From NCBI GenBank assembly GCA_002316275.1, contig DCDE01000013.1:2973-66972 (forward strand): 64,000 nt of DNA, in the 5' to 3' direction. Source of the DNA: a candidate division WOR-3 bacterium UBA1063. GTDB taxonomy: Bacteria > Hydrothermota > Hydrothermia > UBA1063. Within the stretch, counting starts at the first letter, position 1. Each line of letters begins with the position of its first letter. A program made the position numbers and the translations under genes. The notes beneath the pieces are model-generated. The model did no database searches. It saw nothing but the letters and a program-made list of their open reading frames with translations, and was not told the DNA's origin. Shown here one piece after another: positions 10,426-20,337 of this stretch.

Positions 10426-11388
10426 CTACCTCCCAAAAAGGGCTGGATAGTTCAAACCGAAGCGCGTTTTATAATATCTCCTTAAAACAAATAATAACAA
10501 CAGATTAATCAAAAGAAAAATAGGAAATTTTATTGAAACAAGCAAAATAAATAGCGAAGCAGGTACTCGGTATGAAATCTTTGTAAGGATCATGTCTTCG
10601 GATTCATCCCACAGAGATAGAATAGAAAATATGGCCCCTAAAATAGATGGAATTATAATCAATATATCCATTTCTAAAAAAGCATAGATGAAACTCAAAA
10701 GAAACATGATTGTAGAGAAGATAAGTGCAAGTCTTTTCCCAAGGAAAACGCCCGTAGTAACCTTACCCGCTTTCTTATCACCGGGAATGTCCGGTATAGT
10801 AGTATTTATAAATACTGCCGAAACAAGCAAAAAATATCCGAAGCATACTACCCAGGAGTGTATATTCACAGGTTCAGCTACTGACCAACCCACAACAAAG
10901 GCTATACATCCATATCCTATTGCATTAAAAACTATATCGAGAAACGGCCGTGCTTTTGCCTGTACAGGAGGTACAGAATACAAGATTCCAAGCAGAAATG
11001 AAACTATGTACAGTAATAAAAGAGTCCATTTTCCAATGACAAAAGATATCACAAGTGAAAGTATAGCCAGAACAACAGCATAAATATTCGCATTTCTTAC
11101 GGATATAATGCCATAAGGAATAAGAAATAGTTTCTGATTAATCCTGTCGGATTCTCTATCTGTAATTTGATTAATGATATATGTCGCACTCATTAAAAGG
11201 GTATAAGATAGAAGAGTGATCCAAAACTTCCAAGGCAACAACCAGGTAATTGAAAAGAATTCGATTCTTGCACCGTACATATATCCGATAAAAAGGAAAA
11301 CCCAAACTGGTACCCACAGGATGGGCCTCAAAAGGAAGAAATAATCATAAACCCTTACATTTGGTTCAAACGCTATACCTTTTTCCAT
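10426..11388 (-). CDS. UbiA-family prenyltransferase (substrate unknown)
   Basis: Polytopic membrane protein with the Asp-rich motif NQITDRESDRINQK. Confidence 0.7.
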   Translation of the reverse strand: MEKGIAFEPNVRVYDYFFLLRPILWVPVWVFLFIGYMYGARIEFFSITWLLPWKFWITLLSYTLLMSATYIINQITDRESDRINQKLFLIPYGIISVRNANIYAVVLAILSLVISFVIGKWTLLLLYIVSFLLGILYSVPPVQAKARPFLDIVFNAIGYGCIAFVVGWSVAEPVNIHSWVVCFGYFLLVSAVFINTTIPDIPGDKKAGKVTTGVFLGKRLALIFSTIMFLLSFIYAFLEMDILIIIPSILGAIFSILSLWDESEDMILTKISYRVPASLFILLVSIKFPIFLLINLLLLFVLRRYYKTRFGLNYPALFGR

Positions 11389-11394
11389 CGCATA

Positions 11395-11423
11395 AGTGTA
11401 AAACTACGAAGCTGTAAAATCAA
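11395..11423 (-). promoter_or_regulatory. promoter candidate TTGATT-17-TACACT; ATG of the UbiA gene 6 nt downstream (leaderless)
   Basis: Read on the minus strand: TTGATT ttacagcttcgtagttt TACACT tatgcg ATG(11388). No SD. Confidence 0.4.
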
Positions 11424-11685
11424 ACTCAACGTGCACTGCATATAAACATCTCGAGACCAGCTAAAAATTTACAAACCGATTTTTCAACTGAACTCCATCG
11501 TACTTATTTACTTCCCATAATGTATCTTATGTTAACTAACATAACTTTAAGAGCAACAACAAGATAAGAAAATCCCTTCAATTACCCCTATATTAAGGGA
11601 AAAACCATTTTAAGTTAAAAATTTAAAAACGAAAGCTGTGTTCTCTTTAATATGCTTGTGATAAACTCGATGCAAAATTCCCGTT

Positions 11686-11714
11686 TTGATTTAACAGTGT
11701 TAAAGCACTACAAT
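11686..11714 (+). promoter_or_regulatory. promoter candidate TTGATT-17-TACAAT; deacetylase ATG 10 nt downstream
   Basis: TTGATT taacagtgttaaagcac TACAAT aaaataaaag ATG(11725). No SD. Confidence 0.4.
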
Positions 11715-11724
11715 AAAATAAAAG

Positions 11725-12540
11725 ATGCAGCTTCTCCTGCAGTACCATCATATAAGCAAGGGTATCAAGTTTAATCCCAATATATGCCCTCTATCTTTGT
11801 TCAAAAAGCATCTTTCAGAATTAAATCATTTGGGATTTAGTGATCTGACCCACAATTTTGAAAAAGAGTTTGGTAAGACTTCCGAGATTTCAAGGGTACT
11901 TATTACCTTCGATGATGGCTATAAAAGCATAGTTAAAAATGCATACCCGCTTATGGAACAATATGGCTATAAGGGCATTGTATTTATTGTTACTGGGTTT
12001 TTAGGTAAAGAATCGTTATGGGAAGTGCCTTTTCTAACTCCACTACCTCACCTGGATGAAGATGATATCAAATTATTACACACTATGGGCTGGATTATCG
12101 GTTCGCACTCCCATATGCATCGTGATCTCACGGGACTAACTGATAGACAGCTCCGGGAAGAAATTGGCACATCACAGAAGATCCTTGAAGACATTATTGG
12201 TAATAAAATAACCTATTTTTCTTATCCATATGGAAAATACAATCAGAGAGTTGTCTCAATTCTTAAAGAATTGGGATTCATATTTGCATTCAAATCGAGC
12301 GAATTCCCCAAAAAATATACCTCTCAAATAAATATGCTTCAAATTCCACGCAGAACTGTTTATATAATAGATATTACCCTTAAATACAAGATTGATCCCT
12401 TCTACACGCGATTTGAGACCATGAAAGAAGTTGTTTCAAACAAAATGGCATTTCTAAGTCCAATTTATGCCAAACTTTTAGAGGCTCATAAGGGTAACCC
12501 ATGTGATAACAATAGAACTGATCACCTCGGCAAGTCGTAA
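11725..12540 (+). CDS. polysaccharide deacetylase (NodB homology domain)
   Basis: Motifs ITFDDGYKS and GSHSHMH. The 3' end overlaps the convergent gene by 63 nt. Confidence 0.7.
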   Translation: MQLLLQYHHISKGIKFNPNICPLSLFKKHLSELNHLGFSDLTHNFEKEFGKTSEISRVLITFDDGYKSIVKNAYPLMEQYGYKGIVFIVTGFLGKESLWEVPFLTPLPHLDEDDIKLLHTMGWIIGSHSHMHRDLTGLTDRQLREEIGTSQKILEDIIGNKITYFSYPYGKYNQRVVSILKELGFIFAFKSSEFPKKYTSQINMLQIPRRTVYIIDITLKYKIDPFYTRFETMKEVVSNKMAFLSPIYAKLLEAHKGNPCDNNRTDHLGKS

Positions 12541-13731
12541 ATAATCATCAAACCATTTAAGCTTTACCTCGGGAACGAATACTATATCTCCAGGTTGTAT
12601 GGTCCCAGCCTCTTCCACTGCCATTTTTTTATTTGCGCGTACTATATAAAGCCTCCGCTGCGCTGCCCTGCTGGAAAAACCACCACAATATGAGATATAT
12701 GTATCCAGGGTTGCCCCTGGTAAATATGGAACAAATCCGGGTGACTTTACTTCACCTGCAACGAACACTTTATCAGTGAATGGCGGAACATAAAGAACGT
12801 CACCAACGCTAACATAATCAGTCAAAGAAACCTTACCTTTCGATGAACTATAAATCTCATTAACGAGTGCATATGACTTAAGTCCTCCTGCGCTTGATAA
12901 AGCATCCTCTACCCTCATACTATCAGAACAGGATATCATAATTACATTCGCGTCAAAAGTTACCACATAGTTTCCTGCAAGAGCTTGAAGAGCCTGGGGT
13001 TTAAATTTCTTCACGGGATACCCCCTAACAGCACCCATAATCTTAATTCCATTTTCAATTGTCGGTACATAGATACTCTTGATTTTTGCAAGTACAGGGT
13101 TATCCTTTAGATCACCCTTTTTGTAATAATTCTCGAGATTCACTATAAGAGTTTCGCCATCATGAGTTGTTGCAATAACCGAGTTTATATCCGCATCGAA
13201 ACCACAAATATTTTGAGTATCCCTTAAAACATCAGAAATTCTAAGGGAAGCCCTAACAAAAACTGGACCATTGTATTCTGTAGCTCCCGTTAAAAAGACA
13301 TTTAGAATCCTTGGGCTTAAAATTCTTACTTCGAACTCTCTCACATGCAAGTGTTTTGAATACCATAAGGGCAAACTATCCTTTAGATTTTTAATAGTTA
13401 GACCATAAACTCGTTTAAAATCAACGAGATTCATATACTCAGCCTTGGATTCTAATTCAGAACCTGGAGAAATAAACTTTTGGGTTTCAACTCCATATAG
13501 AGGAGCGAAGAGAGCAATTCGCCCACTAAAATCTACGTCAGTGGTGTAAGCAAAGGCTAAATCTTTGATTAAAATCTGCAGCACATCCCCTGGTCCGAGT
13601 ATATACTCTTCGTCTGAAAACAATTCCACTGAAGCTTCGCCTTCTAAATTTAATGGTGATTCTGCAAATAAGTTCACATCCCCGCCGGAAAAAGCCTGAG
13701 AAACAATTATTGCAAGCCATATAAATCTCAT
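12478..13731 (-). CDS. polysaccharide export protein (Poly_export/SLBB-like)
   Basis: Signal-like N-terminus MRFIWLAIIVSQAFS. PGDVLQILIKD and IQPGDIVFVPE segments. Hydrophobic C-terminal tail. Start overlaps the ispG stop (ATGA). Confidence 0.55.
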   Translation of the reverse strand: MRFIWLAIIVSQAFSGGDVNLFAESPLNLEGEASVELFSDEEYILGPGDVLQILIKDLAFAYTTDVDFSGRIALFAPLYGVETQKFISPGSELESKAEYMNLVDFKRVYGLTIKNLKDSLPLWYSKHLHVREFEVRILSPRILNVFLTGATEYNGPVFVRASLRISDVLRDTQNICGFDADINSVIATTHDGETLIVNLENYYKKGDLKDNPVLAKIKSIYVPTIENGIKIMGAVRGYPVKKFKPQALQALAGNYVVTFDANVIMISCSDSMRVEDALSSAGGLKSYALVNEIYSSSKGKVSLTDYVSVGDVLYVPPFTDKVFVAGEVKSPGFVPYLPGATLDTYISYCGGFSSRAAQRRLYIVRANKKMAVEEAGTIQPGDIVFVPEVKLKWFDDYLRLAEVISSIVITWVTLMSL

Positions 13732-14792
13732 CTTAAATCCTCCTCAAAAAAGTTTTCAATTTCCATCAAAAGTTCTTTTACTATGTTTTCCTGAGGTATT
13801 CTTTTTATCATTTTACCCCTTTTGAAGATTACTCCCCTACCCGGCTCTGCTGCAACGCCGAGATCGGCATCCCTAGCCTCACCAGGGCCATTTACTTCAC
13901 AGCCCATAATGGCAATTTTTAGGGGTTTTTTCACACCTCTTAATCCGTATTCTATTTCTCGTACAAGGTTCATCAAATCCACTCGAGTCCTTGCACACGT
14001 CGGACAAGAAACGATCACTGGAGCATTGTAACGGAGATCGAGAGCCTTTAAGATCTCCCATGCTACTCTTACCTCTACCACTGGATCTTCCGTAAGGGAC
14101 ACCCTTATAGTATCGCCAATCCCATTCATAAGTAAGTTACCAATTGCAATGGATGATTTTACGGTACCCGGAATCAATGGACCTGCTTCTGTAACTCCTA
14201 AATGTAAAGGGAAGTCCAACTTTGAGCTCAACATTGTATAAGACTTTACTGTATCCAGAACTGAAGACGATTTCACAGAGATTATGATATCGTCAAAACC
14301 TTCTTTAACGAAAAAATCAACCCATCTTGTTGCACTCTCCACAAGGCATTCTGAAGTTACACCACCGCATTTCTCGATCAATTCTTCCTCAAGAGAGCCC
14401 GAATTTACCCCAATTCTAAGAGGTTTTTTATTCTGTTTTAATGCCGAAATAATTTCTTTGACCTTCGCCTTGTCCCCTATATTACCTGGGTTTATTCTAA
14501 TCTTATCTGCTCCTACCTCTATCGCACCTATCGCAATTTTATAGTTAAAATGTACATCTGCAATAAGTGGGACTGTAGTTCTTTTCCTAATCTCCTTAAA
14601 GGCTTCGAGGGATTTAAAATCAGGAATTGCAATCCTCACAAGTTCACAGTCTTCTTTAACGAGTTCTTCAATTTGCTTTAGGGTTGCGTCAATATCTGTA
14701 GTTTTAGTAGAGGTCATTGACTGGATTCTGATTGGATTTTCGCCCCCTATTCCTAAGCCTCTAACTGATACAACCTTCGTATTCCTTTTCAT
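13728..14792 (-). CDS. ispG: 4-hydroxy-3-methylbut-2-enyl diphosphate synthase IspG
   Basis: Fe-S Cys motifs CPTCARTRVDL and GCEVNGPGEA. TIM-barrel N-terminal half. Confidence 0.92.
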   Translation of the reverse strand: MKRNTKVVSVRGLGIGGENPIRIQSMTSTKTTDIDATLKQIEELVKEDCELVRIAIPDFKSLEAFKEIRKRTTVPLIADVHFNYKIAIGAIEVGADKIRINPGNIGDKAKVKEIISALKQNKKPLRIGVNSGSLEEELIEKCGGVTSECLVESATRWVDFFVKEGFDDIIISVKSSSVLDTVKSYTMLSSKLDFPLHLGVTEAGPLIPGTVKSSIAIGNLLMNGIGDTIRVSLTEDPVVEVRVAWEILKALDLRYNAPVIVSCPTCARTRVDLMNLVREIEYGLRGVKKPLKIAIMGCEVNGPGEARDADLGVAAEPGRGVIFKRGKMIKRIPQENIVKELLMEIENFFEEDLR

Positions 14793-14797
14793 TGATT

Positions 14798-14826
14798 TAG
14801 ATTCTAAACTGCTGCAACGGTATAAT
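14798..14826 (+). promoter_or_regulatory. promoter candidate TAGATT-17-TATAAT for pyrR (81-nt leader with SD)
   Basis: Perfect -10 TATAAT at 14821-14826 but a weak -35. Overlaps the ispG promoter candidate on the other strand. Confidence 0.3.
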
Positions 14827-14829
14827 CAA
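14801..14829 (-). promoter_or_regulatory. promoter candidate TTGATT-17-TAGAAT; ispG ATG 8 nt downstream (leaderless)
   Basis: Minus strand: TTGATT ataccgttgcagcagtt TAGAAT ctaaatca ATG(14792). Confidence 0.4.
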
Positions 14830-14907
14830 ACACTATCCGCATCCTTATTTGATTGTATCAACCTTTCAATTCATAATAAAACCAGTAGAAGATGTGAGGA
14901 GGGAAAA

Positions 14908-15468
14908 ATGATCAACGAAAAATACAAACTTATGACAGAAGAAGATATGGATAGAACATTGAAGAGAATTTCTCGTGAAATAATAGAAAAAGTAAGAGAC
15001 TTAGAAAGTCTTATTATCGTTGGAATAAAGACCCGTGGTGTACCCCTGGCAAAGACAATTAAAGATGAAATATTGAAGATTACAGGGGTAGATGTTCCCC
15101 TTGGAGCAGTGGATATAACCTTTTATCGCGACGACCTATCGATGGTCGGCGAGAAACCACAAGTCAAAGGTACCGAGCTTCCATTTTCAGTAGAAGGAAA
15201 AAATATAATACTAATTGATGATGTCCTTTACACAGGCAGAACTACACGCGCAGCGATGGAGGAGTTAATAGATTATGGCAGGCCAGCTTCAATAAAGCTG
15301 TGTGTTCTTGTAGAAAGAGGACACCGCGAACTACCGATTTGCCCCGATTTCGTCGGAAAGAGTATTACAACTACAAAGAATGAAATCGTAAAGGTGAAAG
15401 TAAAAGAAGTAGACGGCGTTAATGAGGTAGTCGTTTGTGAGCAACGCGACGATGGGACAAATTTTTGA
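14908..15468 (+). CDS. pyrR: pyrimidine operon regulator / uracil phosphoribosyltransferase PyrR
   Basis: PRTase motif IILIDDVLYTGRTTRAA. About 180 aa, typical of PyrR. SD GAGGAGG upstream. Confidence 0.85.
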   Translation: MINEKYKLMTEEDMDRTLKRISREIIEKVRDLESLIIVGIKTRGVPLAKTIKDEILKITGVDVPLGAVDITFYRDDLSMVGEKPQVKGTELPFSVEGKNIILIDDVLYTGRTTRAAMEELIDYGRPASIKLCVLVERGHRELPICPDFVGKSITTTKNEIVKVKVKEVDGVNEVVVCEQRDDGTNF

Positions 15469-15856
15469 AATAAACATCAAAACAAATAGAAGATTCGAAC
15501 TCGTAGATATTACTTCTGATATAAATAATGTAATAAAGGAAGCTGCCACGACTGATGGAGTTGCATTTATCTTCATTCCTCACACAACAGCTGGCATCAT
15601 CATAAACGAGCATGCAGACCCATCGGTCAAAACTGATATTCTCAGCCAACTTTCAAAATTAGTGCCTGATAATGGCCACTATCAACACCTTGAAGGTAAT
15701 GCCGACGCACACATAAAATCTGCTCTTGTAGGTAATTCTATAAGTGTCATAATAGAGGACGGGCGACTTGTCTTGGGCACTTGGCAGGGTATATTTTTTG
15801 CAGAGTTTGATGGCCCTCGAAGAAGAAAAGCATTAATCAAAATTATTAAGGGATGA
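15452..15856 (+). CDS. YjbQ/UPF0047 family protein
   Basis: HTTAGIIINEHADPSVKTDI and HIKSALVG segments. The start could be 15437 or 15452. Confidence 0.75.
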   Translation: MGQIFEINIKTNRRFELVDITSDINNVIKEAATTDGVAFIFIPHTTAGIIINEHADPSVKTDILSQLSKLVPDNGHYQHLEGNADAHIKSALVGNSISVIIEDGRLVLGTWQGIFFAEFDGPRRRKALIKIIKG

Positions 15857-17400
15857 AAATGTGGCTTCTATTAATAACTTTAGCATTCCCTGTCAGCTAC
15901 GCAAAGCCTGAGTTTTCTTTTAACGGCGATACGCTTGTTGTCACACTGAATACTCAAAATCCGTCTCAAATGGCAAAACTTGTTTATGGCATGATAGGAG
16001 ACCCCTTGGACTTTAATTTTGAAAACTATAAGGTTTCAAAATTCACAGGAACAAAACACACATTCAAAATCACAGATATTAATGAACAAGAGCTATACAT
16101 ATTCAAGGCAGCTTTCTTTGATACAGTTACAAAAATATACTATGCCACACAGAACTATACGTTTAAACCGAAAAAGAGAGGAAACCTTTGGGAAGAAGGT
16201 ATTGTCGTTGATGTGGGACCATACCTGTCTATGATTGATGAAAGAAGTGTTGGAATTGCCTTTTACACAAACAGACCCTCTAAAGCCAAACTTTTCATTT
16301 CCGAAAAGGGGGAATTCGAAGATACAACTCCTTTGGAACGACATGAATTCATCGTCGAGAATTTAACCCCGGGTACATATGAATATTATGTTATAGTCTA
16401 TGATAACCGTGATACCTCTAAGACACATAATTACAAATTTAAAATTAGTGATCCGAAAAGAACTAAAATAGGCGTTTTTGGGGACACAAGGGGGAATGGT
16501 AACAATTTAAACCCTGTATTCTACGTTGATGGAGTTAACGAAGCAATTGGACGAGAAATATCAAAATCTCTGTATCAGGATTCCGTGGACCTCATTTTTG
16601 TTTTGGGAGATTTAATCACTGGAAGATCACAAGAGATAGAATATTCTGAAGAAGAATATAAATCCTTTCTCAAAGCATGCTGGCCTTACATCTCATATGT
16701 ACCTTTCATGCCTATACCAGGTAATCATGACATGATAGCACCTGTGATTGAAAATGATACAGTACGCTACGACCCACCCCCTCCAGGAAGCGCAGAAGAC
16801 TTGTGGAGAAAAGTTTTCATACTTCCTGAAAATGGTCCCGACGCACCAGCTGGAATGCCACCGTATAAGGAGAATGTATACTATATAAATATTGGGAACA
16901 CCAGTATATACGTCTTAAACTCGGACTACAACTACGTACTCTATAAGACTCGCCCTAATCCTTCAATACGACTTGCTGACTCTTTACAACAACGTTGGCT
17001 CAAAGAAAGCGTTAGGAATAATAATAAATACAGGCATAGGGTCCTACTATTTCATGAACCTCTCATAGGTTTGGGTATTTCTGGGCGGGGGTTAAGGGCG
17101 CCCGAAGTTGACACCTTTGCTAATTTTTTAAAAGAGATGGGGTTTGGTTTTTACATTTCTGGCCACGATCATATGTATGCACGGGGCACTATTTTTAACG
17201 GTCTTGTACAAATCGTCTCTGCTGGTGGAGGTGCACCCCTCTACGATCTGAAAAGAGAGCTTTCAAGTTCTGATATTCTGATACATAAGTATACTAAAAC
17301 TTTTAACTACCTCATTATTGAACCGACGGAGAGCGGCGCGATAAAAATCACTGCTAAAAACCTAAGTGGAGAGATCCTCGATTCTTTTAAAACTAAATGA
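15853..17400 (+). CDS. secreted metallophosphoesterase with N-terminal beta-rich domains
   Basis: Signal peptide MKMWLLLITLAFPVSYA. Calcineurin-like motifs GDTRGN, GDLITG, GNHD and GHDH. Confidence 0.7.
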   Translation: MKMWLLLITLAFPVSYAKPEFSFNGDTLVVTLNTQNPSQMAKLVYGMIGDPLDFNFENYKVSKFTGTKHTFKITDINEQELYIFKAAFFDTVTKIYYATQNYTFKPKKRGNLWEEGIVVDVGPYLSMIDERSVGIAFYTNRPSKAKLFISEKGEFEDTTPLERHEFIVENLTPGTYEYYVIVYDNRDTSKTHNYKFKISDPKRTKIGVFGDTRGNGNNLNPVFYVDGVNEAIGREISKSLYQDSVDLIFVLGDLITGRSQEIEYSEEEYKSFLKACWPYISYVPFMPIPGNHDMIAPVIENDTVRYDPPPPGSAEDLWRKVFILPENGPDAPAGMPPYKENVYYINIGNTSIYVLNSDYNYVLYKTRPNPSIRLADSLQQRWLKESVRNNNKYRHRVLLFHEPLIGLGISGRGLRAPEVDTFANFLKEMGFGFYISGHDHMYARGTIFNGLVQIVSAGGGAPLYDLKRELSSSDILIHKYTKTFNYLIIEPTESGAIKITAKNLSGEILDSFKTK

Positions 17401-19172
17401 GAAACATTAGAAACTTCTCTATTATCGCACATATTGATCATGGAAAATCTACCCTGGCCGATAGGATGCTGGAATATACCAAAACTGTAAGACCTGAAAA
17501 GCTCCAGGAACAATTCTTGGACTCTATGGATCTAGAACGTGAAAAAGGTATAACCATAAAAATGCACCCCGTTAGAATGGAGCTGGAAAAGGGTGATCAA
17601 TTGTATATACTGAATCTCATTGATACACCAGGTCATGTTGATTTCAGTTATGAGGTTTCTCGCTCTCTTGCAGCTTGCGAGGGTGCAATTCTGTTAGTCG
17701 ATGCGTCTCAGGGAGTTGAAGCACAAACAATTACAAACTTTTATCTTGCACTAAAACAGGATCTTGTGATCATTCCTATAATTAACAAGATAGACCTTCC
17801 CAACGCACAAATTGAAAAAGTCGAAGCACAAGTCTACGAATTAACAGGTGAAAGACCACTTAGAATTTCCGCAAAGATGGGCTGGGGAATAGATGAGGTT
17901 ATGAAGGAGATTATAGAAAGAATACCCCCTCCCTCTGGAAATCCATCGGGATCGTTGAGGGCTCTCATATTCGATGCCAAATTTGAAGATTACAGGGGAG
18001 TTATTATTTACGTTAGAATCTTTGATGGAAAGATCGTACCAGGAATGAAAATAACCATGAAATCTACTGGAATGACTTACGAAGTTGTTGAAGTTGGTTA
18101 TTTGAAACCTGAAATGATAAGGACACAGGAACTTGATACAGGAGAAGTTGGATATTTAACCGCAGCAATTAGAGAAATCTCTGAGGCACGAGTGGGTGAT
18201 ACCGTGATTGATGCAGCTTTTCCTGAAACACCTCCACTCCCCGGGTATAGGGAACCCAAACCCATGGTGTTTGCTGGAATATACCCTACTGTGCCGTCGG
18301 ATTACGAACTACTTTCAAAAGCTATGGCAAAGCTAAAATTAAATGATTCTGCATTACAATTTATAGGTGAGTACTCCCCTGCCCTGGGTCCAGGATTTAG
18401 GTGTGGCTTTTTAGGTATGTTGCATATGGAAATTTTCAAGGAACGGCTTAAAAGGGAGTTTGGAGTTGATATTGTTATTACAACCCCAAATGTTGAGTAT
18501 AAGGTGTATTTAAAAGATGGGAATCAAATTATTGTTAATAATCCTTCAGATTTTCCAGACGTGTTCGAAAAGGTTCTGGAACCATATGCTCGTGTCGAAA
18601 TCGTAACGCCAAGAGAATACCTGGGGGCGGTACAGAAATTTTGCATATCCCGAAGGGGGACTCAAACCAAATTTCAATTTCTTGATGAAGAAACGGTACT
18701 CTTTGAATTTGAAATGCCCCTAAGCGAGATCATCTTTGACTTCCATGATGGGTTGAAAAGCATTTCCCGTGGTTATGCATCTTTTGACTATGAAATCATT
18801 GACTACCGTGAATCCGATGTGGCAAGACTCGATTTTCTAATAGCAGGTGAAAGAATCGATGCATTGACCCTTATTGTGCCTACTGAGAGGGCATATCAAA
18901 TCGGGCGAAAGATTGTTGAGAAACTCCGTAAAGAAATTCCCAGGCAGCTTTTTGAAGTATCTATACAAGCTGCCATTGGAAAGAAAATAGTTGCGAAGGA
19001 AAGAATAGCGCCTATTAGAAAGGATGTGACAGCGAAATGCTACGGTGGCGATATTACGAGGAAGCGTAAATTGTTGGAAAAACAAAAAGAGGGGAAAAAG
19101 AAACTAAAAAAAATCGGTAAAGTGGAGCTCCCACAGGAAGCATTCCTTAACATAGTAAAGGCGGAGGAATAG
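17397..19172 (+). CDS. lepA: elongation factor 4 (LepA)
   Basis: AHIDHGKST, DTPGHVDF and NKID. LepA C-terminal tail YGGDITRKRKLLEKQKEGKKK. ATGA overlap with the upstream gene. Confidence 0.93.
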   Translation: MRNIRNFSIIAHIDHGKSTLADRMLEYTKTVRPEKLQEQFLDSMDLEREKGITIKMHPVRMELEKGDQLYILNLIDTPGHVDFSYEVSRSLAACEGAILLVDASQGVEAQTITNFYLALKQDLVIIPIINKIDLPNAQIEKVEAQVYELTGERPLRISAKMGWGIDEVMKEIIERIPPPSGNPSGSLRALIFDAKFEDYRGVIIYVRIFDGKIVPGMKITMKSTGMTYEVVEVGYLKPEMIRTQELDTGEVGYLTAAIREISEARVGDTVIDAAFPETPPLPGYREPKPMVFAGIYPTVPSDYELLSKAMAKLKLNDSALQFIGEYSPALGPGFRCGFLGMLHMEIFKERLKREFGVDIVITTPNVEYKVYLKDGNQIIVNNPSDFPDVFEKVLEPYARVEIVTPREYLGAVQKFCISRRGTQTKFQFLDEETVLFEFEMPLSEIIFDFHDGLKSISRGYASFDYEIIDYRESDVARLDFLIAGERIDALTLIVPTERAYQIGRKIVEKLRKEIPRQLFEVSIQAAIGKKIVAKERIAPIRKDVTAKCYGGDITRKRKLLEKQKEGKKKLKKIGKVELPQEAFLNIVKAEE

Positions 19173-19173
19173 C

Positions 19174-20337
19174 GTGAGGGTATTAATGGCTACGGACCAT
19201 TACTATCCCTACCCAGGCGGAATTACCGAACATACATATCATCTTAGTAAAGAATTGATAAATCTTGGAGTTGAAGTTGAAGTGCTAACCTCTAATTTCG
19301 AATATAACTTCATAGAAGCACCACCCGATGCAAACTTAATAAAAGTTCACAGAGTCGGCAAGTCCTTCTTTTTTAGAGCTAACAAATCTCAAACATGTAT
19401 TTCCTTCTCAAGTCGAGCTATCTCAGAGATCAGCGAGGTAATTAAAAATGGCCACTACGATATAGTACATTCACAAAACTCCGTAGTCCCCACAATTCCG
19501 TATCTCAGCATATTATATTCAAAATCTTTGTGCTTCGCTACTTTTCACTCTAATCATGGGTTCTCCGTAGGCTATGAACTCTTTAAACCACTACTCTTAC
19601 CCGTTTACGAAAAACTCGATGGTAAAATTTTTGTCTCAGAACCTGCCTTGAGGACCATTAAAAGACACTTCGAAGTTAAAGATTATAAAATAATACCCAA
19701 CGGTGTCGATATAAACAAGTTCAAGCCAGAGGGCGAAAGGTACGAATTTCCCTTCGAGCTTCGAGAAAACGAAATACTAATTTTATTTGTTGGTAGGCTC
19801 GAGATTAGAAAGGGTACAAAATACTTGATTCAGGCTTTCAATAAGATCGGTAACCAGCATAAGAATGTACGATTGATCGTAGCAGGCGATGGCCCCTTAA
19901 AGGAAAATTTAGAGAAAATGGTTTCTGATGAACTTAAAGACCGAGTGCACTTTCTAGGTTTCGTCTCAAGTTATAAGCTTCCTTCTTTATATAGGTCGTG
20001 TGACATTTTTGTCTCACCCGCCACTGAGGGTGAAAGCTTTGGCATAGTACTTTTAGAAGCTATGGCTTCAGGAAAACCTGTCATCGCTTCGGATAATGAA
20101 GGGTATAAGGTTGTTGTCTCTGATGGAGAAGATGGATTTTTGTTTACCAGAAAAAATGTAGATGAACTTGTCCAGAAGCTTATAACTCTCATAATAAACC
20201 CAGAGTTAAGACGTAAAATGGGAGAAAGGGGTAGGGCTAAGGCACTGAACTTCTCTTGGAGCTTTATAGCAAAACAAGTTCTCGATTATTATGTAGAAGC
20301 AATAGAAAAGAATAATTATGAAGATACACATAATTGA
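19174..20337 (+). CDS. glycosyltransferase family 4 (GT-B fold)
   Basis: C-terminal EX7E region ESFGIVLLEAMASGKPVIAS. GTG start preceded by GGAGGA. Confidence 0.8.
   Translation: MRVLMATDHYYPYPGGITEHTYHLSKELINLGVEVEVLTSNFEYNFIEAPPDANLIKVHRVGKSFFFRANKSQTCISFSSRAISEISEVIKNGHYDIVHSQNSVVPTIPYLSILYSKSLCFATFHSNHGFSVGYELFKPLLLPVYEKLDGKIFVSEPALRTIKRHFEVKDYKIIPNGVDINKFKPEGERYEFPFELRENEILILFVGRLEIRKGTKYLIQAFNKIGNQHKNVRLIVAGDGPLKENLEKMVSDELKDRVHFLGFVSSYKLPSLYRSCDIFVSPATEGESFGIVLLEAMASGKPVIASDNEGYKVVVSDGEDGFLFTRKNVDELVQKLITLIINPELRRKMGERGRAKALNFSWSFIAKQVLDYYVEAIEKNNYEDTHN

Noticed and set aside
11389-11724. The 336-nt divergent spacer as the home of an ncRNA, riboswitch or small ORF.
   Set aside because: It is largely explained by two outward-facing promoter-like elements at its ends. 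I saw no conserved RNA signature, long hairpin or SD-preceded ORF in the middle. This cannot be excluded without covariance searches.
14827-14907. A PyrR-binding attenuator in the pyrR leader.
   Set aside because: No match to the PyrR binding-loop consensus and no terminator-like hairpin with a T-tract. Only short AT-rich inverted repeats are present.
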